Assembly: GCA_951406725.2 (NCBI GenBank) | Contig: OX597818.1 | Span: 75,888,001 to 75,952,000, forward strand | DNA length: 64,000 nucleotides | Origin: Octopus vulgaris | Taxonomy: Eukaryota | Direction: 5' to 3' | Shown here: positions 1 through 13,576 of the stretch, piece after piece | Position numbering within the stretch: the stretch's first letter is position 1 | Layout of the letters: the number at the start of each line of letters is the position of its first letter | Position numbers and translations under genes: made by a program | Notes under the pieces: generated by a model | What the model saw: the letters and a program-made list of their open reading frames with translations, nothing else | Told to the model about the DNA's origin: nothing | Databases searched by the model: none

Positions 1-1078
1 CTTTGGTTGGTCTGAGACTATAGTAGAAGACACTTGCCCTAGGTGCCATACAGTGGGACTGAATCTGGAACCATGTGGTTGGTAAGCAAGCTACTTACCA
101 CACAGCCACTCCTGCCTATCTTTGTTACTAATAATAGCAACTACAAATTACTACTTACGCCTATGTCTGTCTCTGTTATGTCCTATGAATTTTAGATTAT
201 TCATTGATGACATACTAGTCAATTTTATGATTTTGTTAGCCTTATTTCAGTTGCTTACCTTAGAGACCAGCTTTAATCTGGATTTTGGGGTTTAGTGACT
301 TAGTGGTTAGACTGCTAACTATTGGCTAAATGCTTAGTCTATAAACCGGATGTTGTATAATGGTTCTGTATAATGGCCACTAACTAATCTCTGTGTTCAA
401 AGCCTAAACTTTGGTAAATGACTTTTTTCTCAATTTCTTTTTTAATAATACTTAAGCAGGAATATAAATTATATGTCTGAGAAATTGGCATTTGGAAATA
501 AGTGTCCTTGTACCAACTATCTGTTTCCAAAATTCTTGCAGATATGAGTTTTGTTATTTTCTCTAAGTTCTGTGAATGCTGGAATATTGATTGATTAGGT
601 TTTGATAAATATCAAAATAACTTTCAGGATATGAGAAATAAATTATATTGCTAGGTTCATTATTGAAAAGCTAATTTGATGTATTGGAAGTATTGTGCTG
701 TTCTTACTCTGAAAGAAAGAAAGTTATTGGGTAAAATGGGGGTGGGGGGCAGTTGTGTAATTCTAGGTCATCTCTAATTCAGTGAATCTGATTTAGAAGC
801 AGTAGAGCTGGGATTTTTTCCTCTTTTTTTTCTTCAGATATAGTGCATTTAAGATCCTGTTAACTATTTGGTTACCATATTTCCATTGAAAAACACTGCT
901 TAGATTCAGTTAATTTTGAAAATAATGAATTTAGTAAAATAACTTTATCATTATAAAGTTGGTGTTTGGAATATAAATTAACATGGAATTTTGATGGGAG
1001 ACTTTAACCCTTTTGATCCCACCCTACCTGAGGCTACCTCTAGTTTTATGGTACAAGCTTCCTGTTTTAAAGTAATCT

Positions 1079-1397
1079 CTATATATATAAACGGCAGTTT
1101 GTCTGTGCGTGTTTCTGTGTGTCTGTTTTCTCGTACCCTCACCCTGACCACGGCTTTCAACCGATTCTGATGAAACTTGACACACGCATAGCCCAATGTC
1201 ATAATTCAAAACTAACGCAGCGAAAATTTTGAAAAGTTCCCCCAGTTCTGAAAAAAATCGATAAATTCGACATGGGGTCGAGAATAAAAAAAAACAAACC
1301 ACAGACTGTCTAGGGGACGCAACTCAACCTTTTTTTACTCTCAAAAAAATTTACCATCATTTTTTTTCCATTTTTTTGCTATTTTTTGGCTATAACT
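1079..1397 (+). mobile_element. Non-autonomous Helitron-like 5' fragment
   Basis: Starts TCTCTATATATATAAA followed by GTCTGT-type repeats. CpG-rich (young), and flanked by a 41-bp direct duplication. Confidence 0.5.
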
Positions 1398-1881
1398 CTC
1401 TAGTTTTATGGTACAAGCTTCCTGTTTTAAAGTAATCTAAATTAAAATTTCATGATAACTTATGTTCAAAACAACTTTAATAATGACAGGGTTATATTAA
1501 TGAATACTTCATTATTTTCAAAATTGATTGAAGCAAAGGTGGTAGTGTTTTTTTTTCTATGCTTCAGTCATTAGACCACAGCAATGCTGGGGCACCACCT
1601 TGAAGTTTTTAGTCAAATGATTGACCTCAGCCTGGTACTTACTCTATCAGTCTCTTTCCAAACCTCTGTTATGGGGATGTAAATACATCACCAGTTGTTA
1701 AATGTTGGTGGGAGACAGACACTCACACACACATAAACATATATATATACTCCGAGAAAGTTAGAGGTTGTGAATCCAACCCACTAAGGGATAATATCTA
1801 TCCAATATACTGCTGGTAGAATACCCAGTTATTAATACACAAGTATTTTGTGAAGGTAAAGAGATATTTTACCATTAATTT

Positions 1882-2204
1882 ATATAGCAATAAGAAAATG
1901 GAGGGGATCAATAGATGGTTCATCAACTTTTAGACATTATATTATGTTAACTTATTTATTTACTAAACTGGTAATTACAATAATATACATACATGTATAA
2001 CATATTATGCTTTACATATAAGATATAAAATATATTAATATATGGATACCAGTAATTATTATAAAATAACATACATTTATGTTACATACATTTTATACAT
2101 GTATGTATATTATTGTAATTATCAGTTTAGTAAATAAATAAATAAGTTAACATAATATAATGTCTAAAAGTTGATAAACCACTTATTTTCTTATTGCTTT
2201 ATAT
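1882..2204. repeat. AT-rich inverted repeat
   Basis: Arms 1916-2000 / 2093-2181, plus outer arms GCAATAAGAAAAT / ATTTTCTTATTGC. Confidence 0.9.
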
Positions 2205-3344
2205 ATATATAAATAAATTGGGCTTCTTTCAGTTTCCATCTACCAAATCTATTAACAAGGTTTTGGTTGGCCTGTGGCTATAGCAGATAGTTAACTGAGG
2301 TGCCACACATGCAGTGGGACTAAACCAAGAACCATGTGGTTGGGAAGCAAGCTTCTTCCCTGCAATAAAAAAGAAAAAAATTAGGGTAAACTTAGATCAT
2401 TTTAATACAGGAAGGTTGTAATATAGATTCAGTGGCTGTCTTGGGCAGGCTGGGATTAAAAGGGTTAATGTATCCTCTAGTTGATATTATGTTACTAAGT
2501 CACCATTTCATCTCATTTGGAAAATGGTGCTTCCACAAAAGGTCATAGATTCTTTATTTCCCACAGAAGTGACTCCCCTCCCACCTTTCATTATCAATAA
2601 CACATAATTAATAATAAATTAGCCATTACATCGTTACTGAAATATTCATTATTTCTAATCTAGAATTTTTTGTCATTTTTACAATTATTTTCCATCTTGT
2701 AATTTCGTCTGTTTACATTCATTACAATCGTGTTTCTTTTGTTTGTTGTTTTTTTTACCCAAAATGTCATACAAAATTGATTTGGTTTAATATATCTACA
2801 ACCATAATGATGATGATAATAATATTAAATATAAAGGCAATCAATGCAACATTCCTCAACCATTAGTTTCTACTCTACAAAATCAAGGAGTTGCTGTCAT
2901 CACAGCTTGAAGGGTTGGTCACAGCTGGATTTTTTTTTTATGGCATGGCTGGTTCTAGGTTCAGTACCACTGTGTGGAACCTTGGGCAAGTGTCTTCTAC
3001 TATAATCTCAGGCCAACCAAAGCCTTGTGAGTGGATTTAGTAGATAGAAACTGGAAGAAGCCCGTCATATGTGTCTGTTTACATCCCTGTAACTTAGTGG
3101 TTCAGTAAAAAAGACTGATAGAATAAGTACCAAGACTGACAAAAAAATAAGTACTGGGGTTAATTCATTTGACTAAAAAATTATTTTTTCATGCTTTCTT
3201 GGAGTAAGCAGACATGAAATAACAGTTGCTACCCGAGGACAAAAATCATGTTACACAGTGTTATTTGTAAACTCTAAAACATTCCTCTTATTTTGGTCTT
3301 TCCTTTTCGTTAAGTTAATTTTATTTCTTTATCTTTCATTTCAG

Positions 3345-3460
3345 ATCCAACATTAGAAGCTGTAAGTGTGAAAGTTGAAGCACCAGCCGCTGCTGCGGTA
3401 GATGCAGCAGCTGAAGACGCCGGTGATGAAGAATCAAATGTTCCTTATTTTGATATTTAA
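3345..3460 (+). CDS. Terminal coding exon of an unidentified upstream gene (..PTLEAVSVKVEAPAAAAVDAAAEDAGDEESNVPYFDI*)
   Basis: A polypyrimidine tract and CAG acceptor end at 3344. A codon-like, GC-richer open frame runs to TAA at 3458-3460, followed by AATAAA at 3532 and 3635. Protein not recognised. Confidence 0.7.
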
Positions 3461-3531
3461 ATATGAAATAACTTAGGAAACAAATTTTTTTTTCTTTTGA
3501 TATAGTCTTGTTGAAATGAGTGAAACATCCA

Positions 3532-3640
3532 AATAAAAGGAACAGTTTTGTATTTCTTTTGGGAGAGAATCCTTAAAGGAGTTGTAGAAAGTCTATGTTC
3601 AATCACAGATGTTGGTGTTCCATGTTAATTACAAAATAAA
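3532..3640 (+). terminator. Candidate polyadenylation signals of the upstream gene
   Basis: AATAAA at 3532-3537 and 3635-3640; the second is followed by a GT/T-rich tract (ctgtgtttttatt). Confidence 0.5.
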
Positions 3641-5584
3641 TGAATTTTACATTAATTTGGCTGTGTTTTTATTATTTTTTTAATATATCTTTAACATTTT
3701 ATGTGCAGATGTGTGGTTAAGCAGTTTCTTCTAAACTACATAGTTTCAGGTTCAGTCCCACTGTGTAGCAGCTTGGGAAAGTGTTTTCTACTTTAGCCCT
3801 CATGCTGACCAAAGCCTTGTGAGTGGATTTGGTAGATGGAAACTGAAAGAATTCCATCATTTGTGTGTTACACTCTTTATTTTGACATTGTGTGATGGTC
3901 GTAAATCAGTGTCACTGTCATAAAAACAGCATCCTTTGTTTTCAATCCTGTGTGAAAATGTCTAGCAGTGGGGTAATATTACTTTACTTGGAAACAGGGA
4001 AGGGTTGGCAACAAGAAGGGCATTCGGCCATAGAAAATCTGCTTCACTGAATTTTGTCTGATCTATGCAAGCAAGTGGGCATTAAAACAGTTAATATGAT
4101 GATGATATTTTAACATTTTTAACACTTATTGGATAATCAAATTAATCAATCAGTCTGCTGTTTTTGTGCCAGAGAGATGAAATATGATACATTGTTCTAA
4201 GAATGGCCAGATTTGTCTGGTTAATTAATAGTAATTATATCGACCATTTGATATTTAATTTTCAATACAGTCTGGCTATTTTATTATGAAGTTCTTTAAC
4301 AGTTATTAGAAGCACGGACATGGCTGTGTGGTTGAGTTTGCTTCTCAGCCACATGGTTTTGAGTTCAGTCCCATTTTGTGACACCTTGGACAAGTATCTT
4401 ATACTAAAGCCTTGTGAGTAGATATGGTAGACAGAAACTAAAGGAAGCCTGTTTGTGTGTGTGTATATACCTTTTTTTTAAAATATTTTTTACTTGTTTC
4501 AATCAGACTGTGGCCATGCTGGGGCACCACCTTAAATAATTTTTTTGTGGAATGAATCAACCCCAGTTTTTTTTTTAGCCAAGTGCTTATTCTATTGATC
4601 TCTTTTTCCAAAACTGCTAAGTTATAGGGATGTAAACACACCAGCACCTGTTGTCAAGCAGTGATGGTGAACAAAGACATACATATATTATGTGACTGGC
4701 TTCTTTCAGTTTCCATCTACCACATCCTTTCACACAGTTTTGGTAGGCCCAAGGCTATTGTAGAAGACACTTACCCAAGGTGCTATGCAGTAGGACAACC
4801 CAGAACCATATGGTTGGGAAGCAAGCTTCTTACCACACAGTCACATCATAATCACATTCAACCTCCATTTCCCATGCTGGTATGAGCTAGATGGTTTGAC
4901 ATGATCCTGCAAGCTGCAGTGTCAGCTTTGGCATGGTTTCTATAAATGGACACCTTTATATAATGTGTACCGACTACTTTTTATGTGGAATCAACTATAG
5001 TGAGGTTGCTAAATAACTTTCCAGACAAGAAAAGACCCCTTTGACTGAGAGGGGGAGAATATTTCATGCCAGATATTGAGAGGCTAAAGTATGAGAGAGG
5101 GATATGCACAGGTGTTTTGCTTGAGAAGAGATACATGGTTACCTAGCATTATACAAGGATGGATGGAAGTTTCTGAGGAGATCAAAGATGGTAGTGATGA
5201 GAATCCAGAGCAAGCTCTCAAGGTACAAGAAGGTGAGCATAGGAAAGAAAACAGACAGTGGAGATAGGATGGATAGATTCATAAGAGTCAAGGGAGAGTA
5301 ACATGGTTAGAGCTGGGGTGGTGTAGAGGGAAAAGTAATGAGTGATGAACTAGTGTGGTGCAACTGATGGGAAATACCAGTGTGGATTGGTGGGCAAGAT
5401 GAGAGATATGGAAATGACTCACAAAAGAGGATATATCAGAAAGTAGTTAGATGATGTACAAGGTGTAGGAGTGGTAGGGTGAGAGAGAGACATAGAGGTA
5501 CATTAGGGAGGCTTTAGTGAGTGGGGCAAGATGGTAGATATGAGAGGACATTGAGAGTGATAGCAGATATGAACTGTATTTGCA

Positions 5585-5960
5585 GGTGTGGTAGGAAACT
5601 TGCTTTCTAAGCACATGTTTCTAGGTTCAGTCTCACTGCTTGGCACCTTGGATGAGTGTCTTCTAGTATAGCCATGGGCTGACCAAAGCCTTGTGAGTCG
5701 ATTTGGTAGATGGAAATCTGGAAGAAGCTTGTTATATATATGTGTGTGTGTCTGTGTTTGCCTACCACCACTGCTTGATAACCAGTGTTGGTATGTTTAC
5801 GTCCCTGTAACTTAGTAGTTTGGCAAAAGAAACTAACAGAATAAGTAGCAGGCTTTACAAAAAAAAAATGGTTTTGGGGTCAATTCATTTGACTAAAAAT
5901 TCTTCAAGGTGGTGCCCCAGCATGGCTGCAATCTAATGACTGCAACAAGTAAAAGATAGC
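5585..5960 (+). mobile_element. tRNA-derived SINE (representative full copy of the dominant family)
   Basis: A/B-box-like head (GTGTGGT..GGTTCAGTC), internal TA/TG microsatellite and tail GGTGGTGCCCCAGCATGG..ACAAGTAAAAGA. Other copies or fragments lie at ~1-116, 1555-2360, 2945-3180, 4315-4840, 18295-18680, 56025-56425 and 56665-57060. Confidence 0.85.
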
Positions 5961-6569
5961 AGAAGAGAGGAAGATATAAAAGAAGGCACAGAAAGAAGCT
6001 GATCAGTGTAAACAGTGTGAGAAAGAATAAGAATGAGGGATGGGAGTGATTCCAGGGTAAGGAGGTAGGTGATAGTGCAAAGAATAGTTGGATTTAATAT
6101 GTCTACTCACAAGTGATTACTGCCAACTGGGTTGTGCTGTAGATGGAGGAGGGATAGGTGCAGCAGCAGGGAGCAACATGTATAAACATAAAATCTTTTA
6201 GGACAGATCTGCTGTACAGTATATCATCAATCATCTCACACACCCATATGTGTGTGTGTGTATTTATGTTGCCTGGTCTTGACATCATGTGGTAGTTGTA
6301 AAATGATTGACACTGTCATACAGCAGTGTCAATCTTTTTCTAATATTCAGTGAAAGCATATCTGACCATGGGGATATATTACATTGTTTGAAAACGAGAG
6401 TTGGTGACAGGAAGGGTATCTAACCATTGAAAATCTTCTTCAATAAACTCCTGACCCATGCAAGAATAAAAAAGTGGATGTTAAAAAGATAAGAATGTTG
6501 ACAAGTTCTATAGCAGTTGTATGAGTTGTTATCATTCTAGCAACTTCATAACAATGTTCTGTATTCTAG

Positions 6570-6785
6570 AAGGTGGTAAGCTGGCAGAGCCATTAGCATG
6601 CTGGACGAAATGCTTAGCAGTATTTTGCCTGCAGCTACATTCTGAGTTCAGATTCTGCCAAGGTCAACTTTGCCTTTCATCCTTTCAGGATCGATAAATT
6701 AAGTACCAGTGAAATTCTGGGGTTGTTGTAATTGACTCATCTCCTCCCCCAAAACTTCAGGCCTTGTGCCTATAATAGAAAGGAA
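6570..6785 (+). mobile_element. Second SINE family (core TTGCCTTTCATCCTTTC..GATAAA.TAAGTACC)
   Basis: The same core occurs at ~12480-12695, 26220-26790 and 56560-57150. It resembles the Meta/MESC-type central domain (inference). Confidence 0.7.
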
Positions 6786-7892
6786 TGATCTGTATTCTAG
6801 AGCTGTGTGAAAATAGTTGTTCAGATCATCGTTGTTGCCATCATCACTGATATTTAACTTTCATATTCCATGTTCAGAGATTACTAGAACTAATTTTACA
6901 TTGTTATTTCAAGTCCATCCTGTTCCGGCAAATAATCAGCTAAATTACACTTCCTTCCCTCAACATTTGGCTCCAGTCAGTCAGTTACTAAGTAGCAAGG
7001 AAAATGTAAATATGGCTGCTTAGTTAGTGGGAAAAGGCAGGCAGTGCTTATGATTGTTTTCAGGACCTTCAAGATTTGATGGGAGAATGAGAGGAAGATA
7101 GTGTTCAACCTGAATACTTGTAACAGAATAAACTCCACTAAAGGAACCCAAGAAACTGGATGACACACTAAACTTTTTGTTACCATATATCTGTTGAAAG
7201 ACACTGCCTTTTGTTTCAATTAGTAATGAAAATAACTATCATTATTAACCATTTGATATCAAGCCACACAAGACCACCTCTGTTCATCATCATCATCATC
7301 ATCATTTAACATGTTTACCTTGTTGGCATAAGTTGGGCAGTTTGGCATCATTGTCTGTCTTGGCATGGTTTCTACAGCTGGATGCCCTTCTCAATGCCAA
7401 CCACTTTACAGAATGTACTGGGTGCTTTTTATGTGACACCAGCACCAATGCTTTTTACATGGCATCAGCAGCGTTTTTTTTTTTGTTTTGTGGTACTAGC
7501 ACTGACTAGGTCACCAAGTACCTTGCAAGACAAATCCCCTCAACTAGGAGTTGGGAGTAGTATTGAGGGGGGGTGTCGTTTTGTGCTAGTCGTGAGATTA
7601 ATGCTATAGGCTATAGAGGGACACAAATAGGCGTCTTGCTGTAGATACATGGATACCCCATTTGGAAGAGATAGGAGAGTGAATCTTAGAGTAAGATAAA
7701 GACAGTGGTAGTGAGAGAGATGATGGTGAAGATGTTGGGATAGTGAGAATAGGTGAGATGATATAAAGATTTGGACTGGGTGATTGGGCAGAACTGAGGT
7801 GACTAGCAAATCCTGAATGTGCCGGAAAGAAGATAAATGGTTTGAGTAACATCTTTTGAAGTTGCTTTCGCCATAACCTGATGTAATTTTTC

Positions 7893-8419
7893 ATGAGGAC
7901 TGATCAAAAAATATTGGGACTGTTGTTATGGTAACAGAGTTAAAGCACACAGAATTAATCTCTGTTGCATATGTACACTAATCTATAATGTTCTTGCTTA
8001 CTTCTGTTGCTCATAGCAGTGCTTGGGAGCAAAGTGTGATCATCTCAAAAACAAGATCAGTTTTCAGCTGTGCAGGATCCCTTCGATTGTATTGAGAAAG
8101 ACAAAAACTTTTTGAAAACAGTTATAACAGATGACCAACTGTGAGTCTATGACTTTCACCTTGAAACCAAGGCAAAAATCAAATCCCACTTGAAAGGAAC
8201 AAGATTTCAAAATGTCAAGGAAACCCAGGAGAATCCAACAAGGCCATAGGTTGCTATCTCAAAAAAGGAGTTCCAGGAATGCTTCCATCAATAGAAATGA
8301 CACTTGATAAAGTGTGTGGCTTCAGAAAGGGACTAATTTGAAAGATATCAAATACTGAATTGATATGTGTTGTTTTCTTTTTATAGCACCAGTCTCAGCA
8401 ATTTTTGATCAGACCTTAT
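7893..8419 (+). mobile_element. Internally deleted mariner-like element
   Basis: Terminal inverted repeats ATGAGGACTGATCAAAAA / TTTTTGATCAGACCTTAT. Relics of the ITGDETWVY-type motif and LKGTRF..FQECF transposase sequence. Confidence 0.7.
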
Positions 8420-9553
8420 ATATGCAGTGCACTTTAAGTTTTTGTCTACAAAAGTCCGCTCACAAAACTTTGGTTGGCCTGGAGCAATAGTTGAAAAACC
8501 TTACTCAATATGCCATGTTGTAGGATTGAACCCAAAATTATATGGTTGGGAAGTAACCCCTTAAGCACATGGCCTGTGCATGCTCCTGTGTATAACAAAA
8601 TTATGCATGATTTTTCCAAGACACTCCCTCATTAATGACAGTTTTCTTTAACTTATTCTGACAGAAAGTACCATTTTTCAATCTGTACCCATCTGAGCTT
8701 TACTATTTTGGAGTGCTGATGTGGTTTATAGTAGGACTCAAATCCTGAGAATTAAATATTTTGGTCATAAGAATAGTATAGTAATAGTAACTGAATGCCA
8801 TACTTTGGGATCTCAACTTTTCCATGGAATAGTAAGGACATTGTCTTGATATACAGAATGTCTTGTGCATTTTTTAGATTTGGCAGGACCTATGCCCATT
8901 CAAGTCTGACCATAGCTGATTTCTTCCAGAAGAGAGAAAAAAAAAGAAAAACTGAGCACTGCTAGTAGAGGACTAGTACTTTATTGACCCTCAAAAGGAG
9001 AACAAAGTTGATCTCATCAGGATTTGAACTTGAAGCATAGGGAAACAGGATAATAATTGCAAAACAATCTATCTGATGCATCTATGATTCTGCTAATCAG
9101 CCATCTAGTGGCAGAATACCAACTGGTATGTTAAAACTGACACACCTAATCTGTTTGTAAATGTAGATTGAGGTTAAAAATCAAAAATATTTTCTAATAA
9201 ATGTTTGTAGCTTAATATAAATATAAGCATTTCATAAAATATTTTCTTTCAGTAGCTTCTGTGATGGTTGAAATGATGTAAAAAAAAGTTTGAATTTCTC
9301 TTAATTTGACACTGAGCCAGAGTTAAACTTCATTTAAGTTATACTTCATTTTGTTCATATTTTAAGCATTTATTAGAAAAGTTACAGTGAAAAGATGAAA
9401 AGACTAACTCTATCCTACATAATATATATATATATATATCCTTCCTATAATTTACATACATACACACACATTAACAAAAATGGAGTGAGCATTCTGTTGA
9501 TGTGGTCATCCACTCCAGTCATGGTGCTGAGGTTGTTGGTGCTTCTGCCAGTA

Positions 9554-9596
<43 letters not shown>

Positions 9597-9602
9597 ATAT
9601 AT

Positions 9603-10470
9603 AAAGATAACTTAAGGTAACTTAGATATGTTTTGACCAAAGATTGGTCCAGGCAATGTCTAACTTAATAGCACCATCTGATAGGATTTGCTAAATCCTT
9701 TTAAAGTCAAGTTTTGTGGTATCATGGCCCTTTCAAATAGGGAGTTCTTGTTGAGTGAGTTGTATTCAGGTATATGTGGTTTATCTGGTATCCTTTGAAG
9801 AAAAGTTTCGAGATTCCATTTGAAGGTGATGGGATCCTTTTCCTCTTTGATCTATTTTGGGATAATGTTAAATAGGACAGGGCCTGCTGAGGAAAAGAGA
9901 TTGTGTTGCAGTGTATTTATGCGTTTTGATCCTGAATTGGGTAGGGGATGTATGGCCTGCAGTCCTAGCCTTGGATGAATTCTGAAACTAATGTTTAGGT
10001 CATTTCGGCAATGCTGGTAGTATATTCACCACATCGTGCAAATGATGTACTATTCACAGAAATGCTGGAGAGATTAAAGCTTCAATGCTTTAAGACGGTC
10101 CCAATAATCGAGATCAATCATGCCCCTAATTTTTTTAGTGAATGCCCTCTAGAGTGATTCAACTTTCGGAATGTTTTCTGTGAGGAAACCACAGGGAGCA
10201 ACAGCATACAAGGTATGGCTGTACAAAGGAGGAAAAAAGAGGAATGATGAAACCTTGTTCTCTGAACTGGAAGGTTCTTAGGATCCAGGAGCTCATCCTA
10301 CGAACTACATCGATCTTATTGTTGATGTGGGCACTCCAGCTGAGATTGTTGTCAACAATTACTCCTAGGTCTCTGATATTATTAGATACTGTGAGTGGTT
10401 CCCCTGAAGGAAGAGAATATGGTTGTTTTCGCATAGTCTTTTTTCCAAAATGCCTCTGTTCGAATTTTCG
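9603..10470 (-). mobile_element. 5'-truncated CR1-clade LINE fragment
   Basis: IRDLGVIVDNNLSWSAHI..WILRTF matches the C-terminal part of the ORF2 at 51701-53053; ends next to a (TA)n/(TG)n tract. Confidence 0.8.
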
Positions 10471-11199
10471 CTCGTTTAGTCACATTTTGTTTTTGCTTGC
10501 CCACATATGTGTGTGTGTGTGTGTGTATTGTTGACGTCAAAAAAAGAATTTTACAAACTTTCAAGAAAACGTCAATTAATTCTTTGTTTTTGGAATGTCT
10601 CGAAGCACATATATAAAGCTATAAATGATAGCATGTAAATGTTAGGTTGAAAGTCTGGGTACATACATTCATTTGTTAAGTTCATATTGGATCTGCAGAA
10701 GAAAAACAAAACGAATATTAGTATAACTTTATGGCCACCTTGAAGCAGTGTAGCCTAGTGGTTAGTGTTGTACTCACAATTGCGAGATCGTGGTTTCAAT
10801 TCCCTGACCAATGTGAATTGTGTTTTTGAGCAATACATTTCATTTCACGTTGCTCAAATCCACTGAGCTGTAAATGAATAATTCTGTAACGGACTGGAGG
10901 AATGTTACAGAGTTAACAGAAGTTACAGGGAGACTCAAGAGCCGAGAGTTTCGTACGTTGGCACTTATGAAACTGGTCTGATAAGTTTAATAAGTGCATG
11001 AAATTTAATAAGTCCTTGAGTCGCTCTAACTTCTACTGATTATTAATAAAAAAAACGTATATAAAACTGATGTTTTGATTTCTTTTTCTTTTCGAATGCA
11101 AGCATCTAATAAATATATATTTTATTAGAATATAACACAGATGTATATGATACATATATAATACAAAACCACATTAAAAATATTAATCCAAAACCGGGC

Positions 11200-12480
11200 T
11201 AAAAAAATGGGATGAGTGAAACAAGAAAAGAAACACAAAGGAAAGCAAAAAAGGTTAAAAACACTAATTGCCTCAATTGGTCGCACACCACAAGGTTCAA
11301 CACGTTAGCGGCATTATCACAGCGATGTTTCTCGTCTGTATTATCAAACCTAGATACATATGGACATACACGCGACTCGAAGAACGAGACGGTCGCTGTA
11401 GGTGTGCATAAAGAACTCTTCAATGAAATAAGAGAATATTAGTCAGCTGTAAAGAGAGAGAGAGAGAGAGAAAGAGAGGTGGGGAGAGAGAGAGAGAGAG
11501 AGAAAGGTGGGGAGAGAGAGATTGTTGGTGCGCTGTTGGTGGGTGGTATAACAGATAATTATTAAGTAAAGCACAGATGAGAGTATAGACGCTCCAAACT
11601 GTATAGATTTGATCTGATTACCAGAGGATATGTTACCATTCAGCTGATTCCATGTCGGAAGAAGGAATTCTGTAGGTGTGTAAAAGAATATTGTTATATT
11701 TACATGCTTTTTCATTCATGCAGACGAGCTTTTAGCGTAACTTGTTTTTATTTCACATTTCCTTAAATATCTTTCATTATCATGCTCTGCCTGTTCGCCA
11801 CAGTGGTAAAGACCTATCAATCCAAAATATATAGAGAGCTATTTAATGAACATTGGATGGAATTTTTTTTGTAAGGTACGGCATGTATGAATCGTTAATT
11901 TGCTCGTGTTTCTCTAGCTAATGTTTGTATCATTGCTATGATAATTATAAAAAATTACGATACACCACAATTTCTGGTTTTAGTGTATCTTTACTATTTT
12001 TTATTTAGTTTAGCAAATCTATACTATATATTCATATTTATTTCACACTTATATAAGGAGTATGTTTAAGTGAATGTATATATTTGTTTACATAAGAAAA
12101 TCGTATATATTAAATACGAAATTATTGCAGTCGTATTTAATAAACCAAGTCAATTGATTCTTTTCATTTGATCCACTCCGATCGTAAACAGTCGTTAATG
12201 ACAGGGATGATGATTGAACAGAAATTGATCTGGCTATAGTAAAACTTCATTGTAAAGGATTTTTCACCTAAAAACGTTTACAAGATTTTATCTTAAAGTA
12301 ATGCACACACCGGAAATATTGTTGCATTTCAGGTGTTGCTTTGCGTTGAAATGCTTTCAGTGTTATCTGTTTCATAGCGCGAAAATAATTTTTTAAAATA
12401 TAAAATATATGAATGTTGTAGAGGTTGCTTACTTCGCGGAATATCTACGGATCCAGTTAGTTATTATACCTTAGAGGAAG
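11200..12480 (+). promoter_or_regulatory. Likely promoter / non-coding first exon region of the ZDHHC23-like gene
   Basis: Repeat-poor and visibly richer in CpG than the flanks. It has a (GA)n tract, candidate donors at 11871/11876 and a CCGGAA motif near 12309. The ATG exon has a splice acceptor at 27112, so an upstream non-coding exon is expected. Exact TSS not determinable. Confidence 0.35.
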
Positions 12481-13576
12481 GCGGCCAGGTGGCAGAATGA
12501 TTACCACACCGGACCAAGTACTTAGTATTTCGTCTGCCTCTATGTTCTGAGTTCAAATTCCGCCAAGATCGTCTTTGCCTTTCATACTCTGGGGAAATCG
12601 ATCAAATAAGTATCAGACAAATACTGGAGTCGCTGTAATCGATTTACCCCTCCCCTCAAAACCTAGTAGCTCTCTGCCAAACTTTGAAACTATTATTATA
12701 CTCCAGAGTTGTAGGACAACTATGAGGTCGTTCTGCCGCCAAGAAATAACAACCAGATCCTTTCAAAAGTCTCATCAAACCCTACTTACTACATGACGGT
12801 GTTGTTACAGTTGAATCGTTTTCGATAGTAGGTTACTGAATAATCTTGTTGGAGTCACAACAATAGCCAAACGCTCGATACGATTTCTTTGTATTGACAT
12901 GAATACTTAATATTGCTGGCGGAATTTCGGACCATGCATTCACGTATTTCACCTTTAACTTTGTTAAATACATACATAGTTTTGTGGAGAAGAATTGTAC
13001 TAACTAATAGCCGTCCTTTGAAGTCTTATACTTCTTTGGAAAGTGATAGTTGAAGCAAAATGAAAAAAAAAATTACAATTTGGGGGGATTAAAATAATGT
13101 CAGAATCGTATCTCCACGATGTGAAACTCAGGAATACTAAGACAAAAATCCCTATTCCGTCTCACAATGTATGGGATTCCAAAAGACAATTATTCTAAAA
13201 CTACACCAAAGGCGGAGGTGGGGGTCTCTGTCCTATCTTTTTCAAAGATAGTTTTTGGATTTTATTATTTTGAGCATCAGACATTTAGGATCCACAAAAA
13301 TATCTTATCATAAGTTACTTTGAAAGATATTTTTCTAACCAGTTAATTAAAGTATTGTGTAAAGATTTACTATAGACATCAAAAATTGTTAATTATAGTT
13401 TTCATTGGACACAGATATCTTTGTAAATATTATTTATCATTTACTTTCTCTTCTATTTCCATTTACTAATTATCTTTAGATTCCTTTATTACAATGTTGG
13501 TTTGATTGATAAGCTTCGAAGCCTCTGGAGGTCTGATTTCTACATCACTGTTTTGATTTCAGGATATTGCTCTTTT

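Noticed and set aside
1167-1180. CTGATGA motif
   Set aside because: No stem II / GAAA / stem III arrangement follows, so it is not a hammerhead.
10745-10810. tRNA-like A/B boxes (also at ~54175-54240 and in SINE heads)
   Set aside because: No complete cloverleaf, and they continue into SINE bodies; treated as tRNA-derived SINE heads rather than tRNA genes.
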